Shown here: positions 47,584 to 57,939 of the stretch, one piece after another
Layout of the letters: each line of letters starts with the position of its first letter
Numbering within the stretch: position 1 is the stretch's first letter
Assembly: GCA_016187465.1 (NCBI GenBank)
Contig: JACPJQ010000004.1
Coordinates: forward strand, 7,092 to 71,091
From: Candidatus Woesearchaeota archaeon
Lineage (GTDB): Archaea > Nanobdellota > Nanobdellia > Woesearchaeales > GW2011-AR4
Direction: 5' to 3'
DNA: 64,000 bases
Translations under genes and position numbers: made by a program
The notes under the pieces: model-generated
Database searches by the model: none
What the model was told of the DNA's origin: nothing
Seen by the model: the letters and a program-made list of their open reading frames with translations, nothing else

Positions 47584-49338
47584 ATGACACGAATAGCTAT
47601 TGTTGACAACGAAAAGCTGAAGGACATGCAGCAAAAACTGCACATCCAAAGCATATGCCCCGTAAACAGGACGGGGAAGGAGTGCATCAGGGTAGAGGAA
47701 AATGGGAAGCTTACAATAGACGAGCATTTGTGCACAGGTTGCGGTATTTGTCCTCGAGAGGCCCCTGCTGCAATAAAGATAATCAACCTTCCTGAAGAGA
47801 TGAAAACAAAGCCGGTTCACCGCTACGGCGAAAACAGATTTGTGCTTTATTCAATTCCAACGCCTTCGATAGGCAGAGTCACAGGAATACTTGGAGTCAA
47901 CGGGATAGGAAAATCAACTGCAATCAAGATATTAGCTTCTGTCATTAATCCCAACTTTGGCGACTGGCAAGGCCAGCAAGGCGATTACTGGCAACTGTTA
48001 GAATACTTCAAGGGCACGGAAGCGCAGGGTTTTTTTGAGAAAGTAAAAGGCGGCGAGATAAAAGTTGCCTACAAGCCGCAGCAGGTTGAATTAATTCCAA
48101 AAACAACCAAAGGGAAAGTAATCGAATTATTAAGAAAAATTGATGAGCGTAACGGGTTAAGGAATATTTCAAATGAGCTGCAACTGAATGAGATATTGAA
48201 CAATGATATAGCGGAGATTTCAGGCGGGGAGCTGCAGAGGGTTGCAATTGCCGCAACTGTTTTAAAAAACGCAAACCTGTACATTTTTGACGAGCCTACA
48301 GGCTATCTGGACATAAAGCAAAGGATAAACATCAGCAAATTCATAAAATCTCTGATAACCGAGAGCAATTCTGTTCTTGTTGTAGAGCACGATTTGATAA
48401 TTCTTGATTACATTGCTGATTTGGTGCATTTGATGTACGGCAAAGAAAATTGCTATGGAATTGTAAGCGGAGTTAAGCCTGTAAGAAACGGCATAAATGT
48501 ATATCTTTCAGGCTATATAAAGGAAGAGAATGTCAGATTCAGGGATTCAACAATAAAATTTGCTGAGAAGCCTCCTGTCAAGAAAAAACATTTCAAAGAG
48601 GTGATTACGTCTTGGAATGATATTGAGAAAAAACTCGGCAATTTTAATTTGAAAGCCCACAAAGGCTCGATACACCGGAACGAGATAATCGGAATCTTGG
48701 GCGAGAACGGAATTGGCAAGACAACTTTCGTGAAGGTTTTGGCCGGAGTGCTGGAACAAGACAAGGGAGATATAACAAAAAAGGTGAAAGTAAGCTACAA
48801 GCCGCAATATCTGGAATCTTCAGATGCTTTGGTGATTGATATTTTAAAAGACGCATTTTCAAAATATTCAAACCAGATAATAAGCCCGTTAAACCTGCAG
48901 CAGCTGTCATTAAACAAGCTGAGTGAGCTTTCAGGCGGGGAGCTGCAGAGGGTTGCAATTGCGCATTGTTTGCAGCAGGATGCTGACCTGTATTTGCTTG
49001 ATGAGCCGTCTGCATACCTTGACAGCGAGCAAAGGCTTATTCTATCGAAAGTTGTCAGGGATTTTATCGAGCAGAAAGAGGCTTCTGCGCTGATTGTTGA
49101 CCATGATTTGCTGTTTGTAGACTACATAAGCGACAGGCTCATTGTTTTTGAAGGCAAGCCTGCAATTGAAGGCAGTGTGGCAGGGCCTTTTGAAATGGAA
49201 GACGGGATGAACAAATTCCTGAAAGAGCTTGGAATAACATTGAGAAGGGACACAGAAACATACAGGCCTAGGGTGAACAAGCTGGATTCGAGATTGGATA
49301 GAGAGCAGAAAGAAAGCGGGAAGTATTATTATGTTTAG
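47584..49338 (+). CDS. abcE1: ABCE1 (RNase L inhibitor homolog, ribosome recycling factor)
   Basis: N-terminal ferredoxin-like domain plus twin ABC NBDs (GxNGxGKST twice, LSGGELQRVAIA twice). 584 aa. Confidence 0.85.
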   Translation: MTRIAIVDNEKLKDMQQKLHIQSICPVNRTGKECIRVEENGKLTIDEHLCTGCGICPREAPAAIKIINLPEEMKTKPVHRYGENRFVLYSIPTPSIGRVTGILGVNGIGKSTAIKILASVINPNFGDWQGQQGDYWQLLEYFKGTEAQGFFEKVKGGEIKVAYKPQQVELIPKTTKGKVIELLRKIDERNGLRNISNELQLNEILNNDIAEISGGELQRVAIAATVLKNANLYIFDEPTGYLDIKQRINISKFIKSLITESNSVLVVEHDLIILDYIADLVHLMYGKENCYGIVSGVKPVRNGINVYLSGYIKEENVRFRDSTIKFAEKPPVKKKHFKEVITSWNDIEKKLGNFNLKAHKGSIHRNEIIGILGENGIGKTTFVKVLAGVLEQDKGDITKKVKVSYKPQYLESSDALVIDILKDAFSKYSNQIISPLNLQQLSLNKLSELSGGELQRVAIAHCLQQDADLYLLDEPSAYLDSEQRLILSKVVRDFIEQKEASALIVDHDLLFVDYISDRLIVFEGKPAIEGSVAGPFEMEDGMNKFLKELGITLRRDTETYRPRVNKLDSRLDREQKESGKYYYV

Positions 49339-49345
49339 ATTATTT

Positions 49346-50428
49346 TTATTTCTTTTCCATCCTTTCCATAACAGCTTTCAGAATTATGGGCCAAGCAATT
49401 GTTGCGTCTGCCAAAACTTCAGCAAATTTGCCTCCTTCGCTCTCTGGCACGAATTTTCCCCAGGAAGTGCTTTCAGAATAAGTGCAGCCCGACAATCCGC
49501 CCCAATGAGCCGGCTCTGGGCATATCCTTACGCCGTAATTAAATCTTTTAAAGCCGCCGCCATGTCCGATTCTTTTGTCGATTATGTCAAGATAAGGGCC
49601 GACTTGCTGCGCCCAGTTCCTTGGAACGCCGCCTCCAATTGTGAAAATGCCGACTTTTTTTGCATTTTTTATCTGCTCGGTGTAATGCTCCAAATCAAGG
49701 AAAGGGTTGAACTGGAATTGTTTTTCGCCTTTTATGTCCTGCCTTCTCCTGTAGATTCCTAGGTCAAGTCCCAGTTCCGAGTCTGTAAAAGCAGGAATAT
49801 AAACAGGGACATTTTTAAGATAAGCTGATTTCAGGATTGCCCTTCCTTTTGTATTCTCGTGAAGATATTTTCCAAGAAAATTGGTTATTTTATGGCTGCA
49901 CAAGATTTCATTTCTGTCAACATTGTCAAGAACATTGGTGACCATCTCCTCTGCATCGTCAAGGTTTTTTTCCAGCTCTATGGTGTCATAAACCCTGTTA
50001 TATCCTTTTTCGTATAATTCAACGTCGTCCATGCATGGATTGTGCTTGAAATGGCGCATGCCGACAGACTCGACAAAACCATGAGTCATAAGAGCACCCG
50101 TGCTTACTATTGCATTCAGCATTCCTTTATCAATCATGTCGCAAATCATCAGCCCCATTTTTGCCACAGTCATCGCCCCTGAAAAAGTTCCGACAACAAA
50201 GCAGTCTTTGTCAGTTGCCATCTCATAAAGCACATCAGCTGCCTCTCCAAGCGTCCTGCCCCCAAAAGCGGTTTTCGACATAGCCTTTGCCATGTCATCA
50301 AAATTTTTTACTTTGCTTAAGTCCAGGGCTTCCAGCGGCTCAAGATTGTCAGAAAATCCAGTTGAATAGCTTGAAGCGTCCCTTCTGTGTGATTTTTCCT
50401 TGGAATGCTCAAGTTTTATTTTTTCCAT
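49346..50428 (-). CDS. dys: Deoxyhypusine synthase
   Basis: VGIFTIGGGVPRNW and overall DHS-like sequence. Confidence 0.7.
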   Translation of the reverse strand: MEKIKLEHSKEKSHRRDASSYSTGFSDNLEPLEALDLSKVKNFDDMAKAMSKTAFGGRTLGEAADVLYEMATDKDCFVVGTFSGAMTVAKMGLMICDMIDKGMLNAIVSTGALMTHGFVESVGMRHFKHNPCMDDVELYEKGYNRVYDTIELEKNLDDAEEMVTNVLDNVDRNEILCSHKITNFLGKYLHENTKGRAILKSAYLKNVPVYIPAFTDSELGLDLGIYRRRQDIKGEKQFQFNPFLDLEHYTEQIKNAKKVGIFTIGGGVPRNWAQQVGPYLDIIDKRIGHGGGFKRFNYGVRICPEPAHWGGLSGCTYSESTSWGKFVPESEGGKFAEVLADATIAWPIILKAVMERMEKK

Positions 50429-50481
50429 TTTAAAATTTTATACTCACCCGCAAAAATAATTGAGTTTTGTTGCGGGTTCGT

Positions 50482-50592
50482 GATATGTCGAAAATCGTAG
50501 ATTTTCGAGCATTCGCAAATCTTTGATTTGCTTTATGTTGGAAATTTTTATTATGCATAAAACTTGTAAAAATTTCCGAGCATGCTCAAAAA
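50482..50592. promoter_or_regulatory. tcgaaaatc/gattttcga hairpin plus cgagcatgctcaaaaa motif upstream of dys
   Basis: Exact 16-mer at 50577..50592. Confidence 0.4.
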
Positions 50593-50750
50593 CCAACAAG
50601 ATTCTTAATCATAAATTGTGTTGGTTTTTGACATTCAACAACAAACTTTGCATAACATCTAGTTACTTTGTTGGTTGAATATATCGAGAAAAAACTAATA
50701 ATTTTTTTTGTTTATAAAGTTTGTTAAAGTGCCTGATTATAAATGAAGCC

Positions 50751-51314
50751 CTAAGCCCTTCCTTTGCTTTCTCCAGAAACAACTCCAGACGCAATCAAGT
50801 GCGCCAGCCTCAAAGGCTCCGGAACAAGGCTTCTCGTGCACACAACTTTAAGAATTTTATTTGCTTCCTCAAAATCAATTCCAGTTAATTGGGCAAATAT
50901 ATTGTTAATCTTGAAGACGTTTCCTGCTTTCTCAATCAATTTTATTTTTTGCTGCTTTTTTATTTTTATTAATGTTTTTTTAATGTTTCCAATGTCAGGC
51001 ATTTTTCTTATTATTGTGATAACGGGCAATTTTGTCTGTTTGCTTAATTCTTTTACGTCAATGACATTAAAACCGCCAACAGCAATTCCGTTAAGGAATA
51101 CGCATTGCAATTGCGGCTTGAACTTGCATTTGTTAATCATATTGGAGATTCTCTTTGTCGCGTCATTTCCATCAACATCGGCTTTTGCGGATAAAACGCC
51201 GTCAATCCAAGAACCTCCACGCATGACAACTCCGACAAGAAGCGTTTTCTTGTCTTTGAACTTATTAAAAGGAGCATCATCGATTCCAATAACCCGAATT
51301 TCTTTTTTTACCAT
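50751..51314 (-). CDS. DUF99/UPF0215 family protein
   Basis: RVIGIDDAPF N-terminal signature. Confidence 0.5.
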   Translation of the reverse strand: MVKKEIRVIGIDDAPFNKFKDKKTLLVGVVMRGGSWIDGVLSAKADVDGNDATKRISNMINKCKFKPQLQCVFLNGIAVGGFNVIDVKELSKQTKLPVITIIRKMPDIGNIKKTLIKIKKQQKIKLIEKAGNVFKINNIFAQLTGIDFEEANKILKVVCTRSLVPEPLRLAHLIASGVVSGESKGRA

Positions 51315-51561
51315 TTGATTTTAAGTTAGATATTCACCACGGTTTATTTTCATCGCTCTGCTTCCAAAAGTCGTTCTCGAGTATTTTTATTTATAGAGAA
51401 TTTTGAATGAAATGGCGAAAATAAGGAATTATTCAAAGTTCTCTATGCAATATTTGGCTTTCGCAATGTTTTTGGTAATGTGAAATTAATGTCTTTCCAT
51501 TATTTATTTTGTTTCCTTCCCAGCGCATTAATCAAATAAATAATATTTTCAAAAATAAAAC

Positions 51562-52473
51562 CTATTCCCTGAACTCAATATCGTCAATTATACCGTCAGA
51601 ATCCAAGTCAATTCCTTCAACAACGTTTGCTTTGATGCCGGGGTTATGCACATTTCCATTCGTTACCTTCCCAAAATCCTTTAGAAATGCTATGATTGCC
51701 GCTCTTGTGCCGCTGAACCTCTTGCCTGCGACAACCAAAATATATTTGTCTTTATTGAAAGGGCTTTTCAGTTTTACAATCAAGCCGCATTCGTCTTGGG
51801 GATAAACCTCATTAGAAATGGTTGATTTTATGTTGCCATTTTCAAACCTTATCGGCATTTTCGGATTTGCTCTTTCTACGATTTTATTGACCACAGGGCC
51901 GCCAATGAGAATCAGATTGTTGTTTAGGTCGTCTTCCCTCACTTCTGTATCAAGCTTAACATTAAATTTTGGAACATAGTTAAGAAACGTTCCAAGGAAT
52001 AATGCCAAATCCATTCCGTAATATCCATCCCTGCTTCTTGCTTTATCGGGCCCGTGGGGATCAGGAGAGCCGACAATAATCAAAGCGTCAAGCTGCCCAT
52101 CCCTGATGAAAGGCTCCAGAAATTCCGACTCATTTCTTATCTGCGCTATCTTGCTGGTTGTCTCAAAATTCTTGAACTTGATTACAAATGCGGGCTCTGT
52201 TAATGCATAGAAATTTGCGGTTGCTCCCTGCTTTGTCTCTTTTTTGACGATTTTGATGATTCCGGCTTTCTCGAGATTTCTTATATGGTAGTATATTTTC
52301 TGCTCATGCGCCTTCAAAGCCTTTGCAATGTCTATCGGATACATAGATTCTTTTGCCAGCAGATGGAGTATTTTATTGGCCAAGCCAGAGCTTACAGACT
52401 TGGCATGCTCAGCGCTTATTTCCTTGGCAGGCAATGAGTAAATTTCGTTTTTCTGCTTGTCTATGATAAACAT
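51562..52473 (-). CDS. HTH-domain protein (N-terminal wHTH plus C-terminal uncharacterised domain)
   Basis: YPIDIAKALKAHEQKIYYHIRNLEKAGII. Confidence 0.35.
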   Translation of the reverse strand: MFIIDKQKNEIYSLPAKEISAEHAKSVSSGLANKILHLLAKESMYPIDIAKALKAHEQKIYYHIRNLEKAGIIKIVKKETKQGATANFYALTEPAFVIKFKNFETTSKIAQIRNESEFLEPFIRDGQLDALIIVGSPDPHGPDKARSRDGYYGMDLALFLGTFLNYVPKFNVKLDTEVREDDLNNNLILIGGPVVNKIVERANPKMPIRFENGNIKSTISNEVYPQDECGLIVKLKSPFNKDKYILVVAGKRFSGTRAAIIAFLKDFGKVTNGNVHNPGIKANVVEGIDLDSDGIIDDIEFRE

Positions 52474-52545
52474 AAAGCATGAAAAAGCAGAACTACTATA
52501 AAAAGTTTTTTAATGGTGTTATAGATTTTGTGTTTATGACAGGAT

Positions 52546-53178
52546 TTGGGAGTGAAAGGTTTTTATTGGTATATACATCACCAAACATATATGACTCTAG
52601 ATATGTTATTAGGCGAAGAGAGTAGAATACCTCCACAGACTCTCTATATCAAAGGTAGACAGGCAAGTTTCCTATTCGGAGTTAAACGTTTATCAAAAAA
52701 AGATAACCATCCTAAAACAATATTTGAACTGTTATATGAGACTAAACTTAATGACATAAATGATATAGAGATTATTGAGCTACTCGAAAAAGTAGGTTAT
52801 GAAGACCAAGATTTAAACTCAGGTACACTTTATGCTGTTGAAACATATGCATTGGAAGTTTTATCTCCCAAAAGTATAACTAAAGGGTATAAGGATTACA
52901 GGTATATGTTATTCGGTTCTAGGGCAATCTATAAATCATTTTTTAATGTTTTAAATGAGAGGAGAATAAACGGTTCATTGGACCAAGAAGGATTTCAATG
53001 CATTTATGATAATGTTGGATCTTCATTTAAAAGATGTGCAGATAAATTTGGGTCTACAAATAACGAAGCTAAGTGGATGCATATTGTAAGGTTGGCTATT
53101 GAAGATTTTGAACGAGATGAATTGATTGCCCCTTACATAGAGGAAGCACGATTACGCATTCCATCTAAACTTCATTAA
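52546..53178 (+). CDS. Hypothetical protein
   Basis: ORF only. The start is uncertain. Confidence 0.25.
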   Translation: MGVKGFYWYIHHQTYMTLDMLLGEESRIPPQTLYIKGRQASFLFGVKRLSKKDNHPKTIFELLYETKLNDINDIEIIELLEKVGYEDQDLNSGTLYAVETYALEVLSPKSITKGYKDYRYMLFGSRAIYKSFFNVLNERRINGSLDQEGFQCIYDNVGSSFKRCADKFGSTNNEAKWMHIVRLAIEDFERDELIAPYIEEARLRIPSKLH

Positions 53179-53364
53179 TATTACAATTTTTTTTATAATA
53201 GTCATATAATTTTTTTAATAACATTTATAAAGAAGCTGTGTTCTATAATCCCTGAATCTCATCTATAAAATATCTCCAAGTGCATCTCTTATCCTCTTTT
53301 GAGATGCACTGTTTTTTCAATATAATATATCAAACAAAGGTCAAAATATGTTGAAAATTTTTAT

Positions 53365-53503
53365 TATAGTAAAGGACACAAGTTTTTAGACATAAATATG
53401 TCCTTTACTTGTCAAAAATTTCACGTATTTATTATAAATTGATGAAATTTTTGAGCACTCGAAAACCCGTAAGGTTTTCTTTGTATTACGAACGGACAAC
53501 TAT
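53365..53503 (+). repeat. 139-bp intergenic repeat, copy B
   Basis: Identical to copies A and C. Followed at 53525..53540 by the solo cgagcatgctcaaaaa motif. Confidence 0.85.
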
Positions 53504-53524
53504 TATGAAAATTGCAAAAATTTT

Positions 53525-53540
53525 CGAGCATGCTCAAAAA
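53525..53540. promoter_or_regulatory. Solo cgagcatgctcaaaaa motif about 60 bp upstream of glmS
   Basis: Exact 16-mer. Confidence 0.4.
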
Positions 53541-53598
53541 CCACTGGACAATTTTGCGAAAGCAATATGCTCTATCGGTTTTAAAGGTGGTTTTTGAC

Positions 53599-55428
53599 AT
53601 GTGCGGAATAGTCGGTTATATTGGAAACAAGGAAGCTATGCCTGTACTGGTCAGCGGGTTGAAAAATCTTGAGTACAGGGGCTATGATTCTGCGGGCTTT
53701 GCAATAATAAACAAAAGGATAATAATAGAAAAGGACATAGGCAAAATAGACGATGTGCAGAAAAAGATCAATGCGTCGTTGCTTAAAGGCTTTTCTGGGC
53801 TTGCCCATTGCAGGTGGGCAACTCACGGCAATGTCACAAAAGAGAATGCCCATCCGCATGCGGACTGTTCCAACAAGATAGCAATAGTGCATAATGGGAT
53901 AATCGAAAATTACAGCGAACTCAAGGAAAAACTGATTCAGAAAAAGCATGTGTTCAGATCAGAAACAGACACAGAGGTTATAGCTCATCTCATAGAAGAA
54001 TTCCATAAAAAACTTGGATTTGAGGACGCTGTCAAGAATGCGCTGAAAGAAGTCAAAGGCTCGTACGCTTTGGGAGTTGCATGCGCTGAAGAGCCGGGCA
54101 AGCTCATTGCAGCAAGAAATGAAAGCCCGCTTATTGTAGGAAAGGGCAAGAACGGGATGTTCCTAGCATCAGATATTCCCGCGCTTCTTGAATATACAAA
54201 CAAGTTTATCTACATGCATGACAAGGAGATTGCAGTTATAACCAAAGACACAATAAATATTTTTGACTTGGAAGGCAAAAAAAAGAGTTTTAAGATTTCT
54301 ACGCTAAACTGGAGCAAAGAGGCTGCCGAGAAAGGAGGCTTTAAGCATTTTATGCTGAAGGAGATATACGAGCAGCCAAGGGCCATAACAGAAACAATTG
54401 ATGAGAGACTTAAGAATGGGGATGTTGTGTTTGAGAAAGAGCTGAACTTGACAGATGATGAGATACTAAAAATTGATTCGATAAAGCTTATTGGGTGCGG
54501 AACATCATGGCATGCTGCATTGGTTGGAAAGTTCATGTTTGAGGAGCTTGCCAAAATACCAACTGAAGTAGAGTATGCGTCTGAATTTAGATACAGAAAT
54601 CCAATACTTAAGCCAAACACTATTGTGATGGCCATAAGCCAGAGCGGAGAAACAGCAGACACAATAGCTGCATTGAAAGAAGCAAAGAAAAACGGCGCAA
54701 AAACAATTTCCATATGCAATGTAAAGGGCAGCTCTATAACCCGGGTTTCTGATGGGGTGGTGTACACAAGGGCAGGCCCTGAGATAGGTGTGGCTTCAAC
54801 AAAAGCGTTCACAACCCAGCTTACAGTCCTTTATCTGCTTACAATCCTGTTCAGCAAAAAAAGGAAAACGCTGAATGACAAACAAATTAAAGATATGATT
54901 TACGGAATAAGGAAGATACCTCTGCAGATTGCCTCAGTGCTTAATGAAGACTTTGAGGTTGTGAACTGCGCAGAGCTTTACCACAAAAGAACAAATTCGC
55001 TTTACCTTGGCAGGGGGGTCAACTTTCCGATAGCGCTGGAAGGGGCTTTGAAATTAAAGGAAGTAAGCTACATACATGCAGAAGGCTACCCTGCAGCTGA
55101 GATGAAGCATGGCCCGATTGCGTTGATTGATGAGCACATGCCCGTGGTTTTCATTGCGCCGCATGATATTTACACTTACAGCAAGATACTGGGCAATATA
55201 GAGGAAGTGAAAGCGAGAGGGGGAATAGTGATTGCCATTGCAACAGAAGGCGACAAGGAAATACCGAAAAAGGCAGACCATACTATTTTCATACCAAAAA
55301 CATTATATACATTAAGCTCAATTCTTGCTGTGGTACCACTGCAATTGCTGGCGTACCATATTGCTGATAAATTGGGAAGAACAATTGATCAACCAAAGAA
55401 TTTGGCTAAAGTTGTGACTGTTGAATAG
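53599..55428 (+). CDS. glmS: Glutamine--fructose-6-phosphate aminotransferase
   Basis: Begins MCGIVGY (Ntn Cys). The track ORF starts at an upstream spurious Met at 53512. 609 aa, with two SIS domains. Confidence 0.9.
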   Translation: MCGIVGYIGNKEAMPVLVSGLKNLEYRGYDSAGFAIINKRIIIEKDIGKIDDVQKKINASLLKGFSGLAHCRWATHGNVTKENAHPHADCSNKIAIVHNGIIENYSELKEKLIQKKHVFRSETDTEVIAHLIEEFHKKLGFEDAVKNALKEVKGSYALGVACAEEPGKLIAARNESPLIVGKGKNGMFLASDIPALLEYTNKFIYMHDKEIAVITKDTINIFDLEGKKKSFKISTLNWSKEAAEKGGFKHFMLKEIYEQPRAITETIDERLKNGDVVFEKELNLTDDEILKIDSIKLIGCGTSWHAALVGKFMFEELAKIPTEVEYASEFRYRNPILKPNTIVMAISQSGETADTIAALKEAKKNGAKTISICNVKGSSITRVSDGVVYTRAGPEIGVASTKAFTTQLTVLYLLTILFSKKRKTLNDKQIKDMIYGIRKIPLQIASVLNEDFEVVNCAELYHKRTNSLYLGRGVNFPIALEGALKLKEVSYIHAEGYPAAEMKHGPIALIDEHMPVVFIAPHDIYTYSKILGNIEEVKARGGIVIAIATEGDKEIPKKADHTIFIPKTLYTLSSILAVVPLQLLAYHIADKLGRTIDQPKNLAKVVTVE

Positions 55429-55482
55429 TAAAAATAGAAAGATTTAAAAAGTGTTATATTTAACTTAGTTATCTAACATTTT

Positions 55483-55944
55483 TTGGCGAGAGTATGCGTA
55501 ATGCACAAACTAACACTTACAATTGATGGTATGGTAAGCGGATTATCTGAAAAACAGCGGGATATTTTCCAATTTCTTTTAAAGAAGCCCTCTGGTGAAA
55601 TTAGAGGTTTTGTTTATTTTAATAAAGATTCTCGGCTGGTAAGATTTGAGACTTATGAACATACTGGAATGATGTATGTTGATGTTTCTGGAGATGGCAC
55701 ATTAGAGTATAGATTTGAAAGTTATGAATCACAATTGCAATTTAATCAAGATTTGCAAGCTGTTATTAAACGTGAAGTTATCATAAACGGAAAAGGAAAA
55801 GCCCAACTTTCAGCAATTTTTGGGGTTACAGAAAAAGTTGTAGATAGCTTAAAAGCTAGAAAACCTATGGATTATAAGCTCCCTAACGAAACGTATGCGG
55901 TTCTTATAAACTTAATTAATAACCCAGAAACAAGAACATCTTAA
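55483..55944 (+). CDS. Hypothetical protein
   Basis: ORF only. Confidence 0.25.
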   Translation: MARVCVMHKLTLTIDGMVSGLSEKQRDIFQFLLKKPSGEIRGFVYFNKDSRLVRFETYEHTGMMYVDVSGDGTLEYRFESYESQLQFNQDLQAVIKREVIINGKGKAQLSAIFGVTEKVVDSLKARKPMDYKLPNETYAVLINLINNPETRTS

Positions 55945-55977
55945 AAATTTATTAAAAATGTCAGAAGAAAACAAAAA

Positions 55978-56418
55978 ATGAGAATAAAACCACCTTACAT
56001 TGCAATTGCACTTTTGTTTTTATCGTGGTTAGTTGATTATTTGCTGCCTCAATTTAGGTTTATTTTTGGAAATGCCAGATATTTTGGAATTCTAATTTTT
56101 GTTTTAGGCTTGTCGACAACCTTTTATTCATTTTACCTGTTCAAGAAAAACAAGACACCGATTTTGCCTGGGCAGAAGCCAACCTTTGTCGTTATAGAAG
56201 GACCTTATAAATTTACCAGAAATCCCATGTATCTCGGCGTGACGATCGGATTGCTTGGAATGTCTATTTATATAGGAAACCTGCTGTCTTTGTTGTCGCC
56301 AATAATATTTTTTGTAGTAATGAATATTGCCTATGTGCCTTTCGAAGAGGGATTGCTAGAAAAAACATTTGGAAAACAATATCTCAATTATAAGAAAAAA
56401 GTCAGAAGATGGATTTAA
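55978..56418 (+). CDS. Isoprenylcysteine carboxyl methyltransferase / PEMT-family membrane methyltransferase
   Basis: FTRNPMYLGVTIGLLG. Confidence 0.5.
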   Translation: MRIKPPYIAIALLFLSWLVDYLLPQFRFIFGNARYFGILIFVLGLSTTFYSFYLFKKNKTPILPGQKPTFVVIEGPYKFTRNPMYLGVTIGLLGMSIYIGNLLSLLSPIIFFVVMNIAYVPFEEGLLEKTFGKQYLNYKKKVRRWI

Positions 56419-56556
56419 GTTTTTATTTATTTTTTAATTACTGGTGATAAAACAATGAAATGCGCCTATTGCCAAGCGCAGGCAGCGCAAAATACATTAA
56501 ATAAGTAAACATTAACAATAAAATCCAATAATGATTTAAAATTAAATTTATAAAAA

Positions 56557-57027
56557 ATGAAAATTAGAAAAGCAGCAATTAAAGACGCAAAAGGAATTGC
56601 AAATGTTCTTGTTCAAAGCTACAATATCAAAGATTTGAAAGAGGGGATTAATACATTCAATAATGAAATAAAAAAGCAGCATAATTATATTGTCGCTGAA
56701 GATAACGGGAAAATTATAGGGATTGTAACTTGGCTGATGCACGGGCTGCCAAAGCACCAGCTTTGCGAGCTGGATAGGATTGCTGTGCTGCCTGATTACA
56801 GGGGAAAAGGTGTTGCCAAACAATTATTCAACGCGTTAATCAAAGACGCAAAAGCATTTTACAAGAAAAATAAGTCAAAATTAAGAAAATTATATTTGCT
56901 GACACATGCTGACAACATAAGGGCGCATAAGTTCTATGAAAAGCTTGGCTTTAGACATGAAACAACTTTGAAAGAACATTATTATAAAGGTAAGGATGAA
57001 TGTGTTTATAGTATGTTTTTTGAGTGA
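56557..57027 (+). CDS. GNAT N-acetyltransferase
   Basis: RIAVLPDYRGKGVAKQLF. Confidence 0.6.
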   Translation: MKIRKAAIKDAKGIANVLVQSYNIKDLKEGINTFNNEIKKQHNYIVAEDNGKIIGIVTWLMHGLPKHQLCELDRIAVLPDYRGKGVAKQLFNALIKDAKAFYKKNKSKLRKLYLLTHADNIRAHKFYEKLGFRHETTLKEHYYKGKDECVYSMFFE

Positions 57028-57037
57028 AAATATTAGT

Positions 57038-57247
57038 TTATTCTGATGATTTTTTCGCCAAATGAAGAAGGCAAAGAATAATTCCAAAAAATAAAACTAA
57101 AGCGACAATACCACTTAAAATTAAAGTTTTTTCATGTCTTTGTTGGTACCACCATAAAAAATTAGCAGAATAACTTCCAATAAACCCTAATAGTCCAAAA
57201 ATTAATCCCAATAATATTCCGAACCCGACATTTTTTTTGATATTCAT
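57038..57247 (-). CDS. Small membrane protein
   Basis: Two TM helices. Confidence 0.2.
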   Translation of the reverse strand: MNIKKNVGFGILLGLIFGLLGFIGSYSANFLWWYQQRHEKTLILSGIVALVLFFGIILCLLHLAKKSSE

Positions 57248-57285
57248 ATTTTTAATAATCGTTTAAAACCATTATTTAAACTTTC

Positions 57286-57939
57286 CTAAATCAACCCCAT
57301 CAAATTCAAAAACTGCTCTTTTGTACTACATTTAAAATAAGGATTTGTCTTCTTTTCCCTGCCAATTGTTGAAAACTGGATTTCGCCATAATTGTGCCCT
57401 GGGTAAACCTCAACATTGTCGCCTAATTTCTTTAATTTCTGCAAACTTTCAAACAATTTTATTGCATCCCCTCCAGCCAAGTCAGTCCTTCCTATAGCAT
57501 TGACAAACAAAGTATCGCCCGTTAGCAGCTTGTTTTCCACAAGAAGGCATATTGCCCCCGGAGTATGCCCGGGCGTATGGATGACTTTGATTTTTAAACT
57601 GCCTATTTTGATTTCATCGTTATTTTTTAGTTTTATAATTTTAATGCCGCTATTTTTGATGGATTTGTTTATTGACTCGGAGTCAAGTTCGTGAAAATAG
57701 ACAACTGCACTTGTTTTCTCTGACAATTCATTAACTTTCTGAACATGATCATAATGAGAATGTGTCAGAAGTACCTTATTTATTTTTAATTTCTCCTTAT
57801 TTGCAATGTCAATAAGCTTTTCAATTTCCCAGCCAGCGTCCACAACAGCTGCTTCCCTGCTATTTTCATCGCCTATTATGTAGCTGAAATTCTGCATTGG
57901 ACCGACTTGTATTTGCTTGAAGAACATGTTACTTGACAA
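57286..57939 (-). CDS. MBL-fold metallo-hydrolase (glyoxalase II-like)
   Basis: LLTHSHYDH motif. Confidence 0.6.
   Translation of the reverse strand: MSSNMFFKQIQVGPMQNFSYIIGDENSREAAVVDAGWEIEKLIDIANKEKLKINKVLLTHSHYDHVQKVNELSEKTSAVVYFHELDSESINKSIKNSGIKIIKLKNNDEIKIGSLKIKVIHTPGHTPGAICLLVENKLLTGDTLFVNAIGRTDLAGGDAIKLFESLQKLKKLGDNVEVYPGHNYGEIQFSTIGREKKTNPYFKCSTKEQFLNLMGLI

Noticed and set aside
53512-53598. Upstream extension of glmS (track start at 53512)
   Set aside because: GlmS must begin with the catalytic Cys right after Met (MCGIVGY at 53599). The upstream 29 codons overlap the solo cgagcatgctcaaaaa motif and are non-coding.
56465-56518. 17-aa peptide MKCAYCQAQAAQNTLNK
   Set aside because: Too short and unsupported. 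Most likely a chance ORF in an intergenic region.
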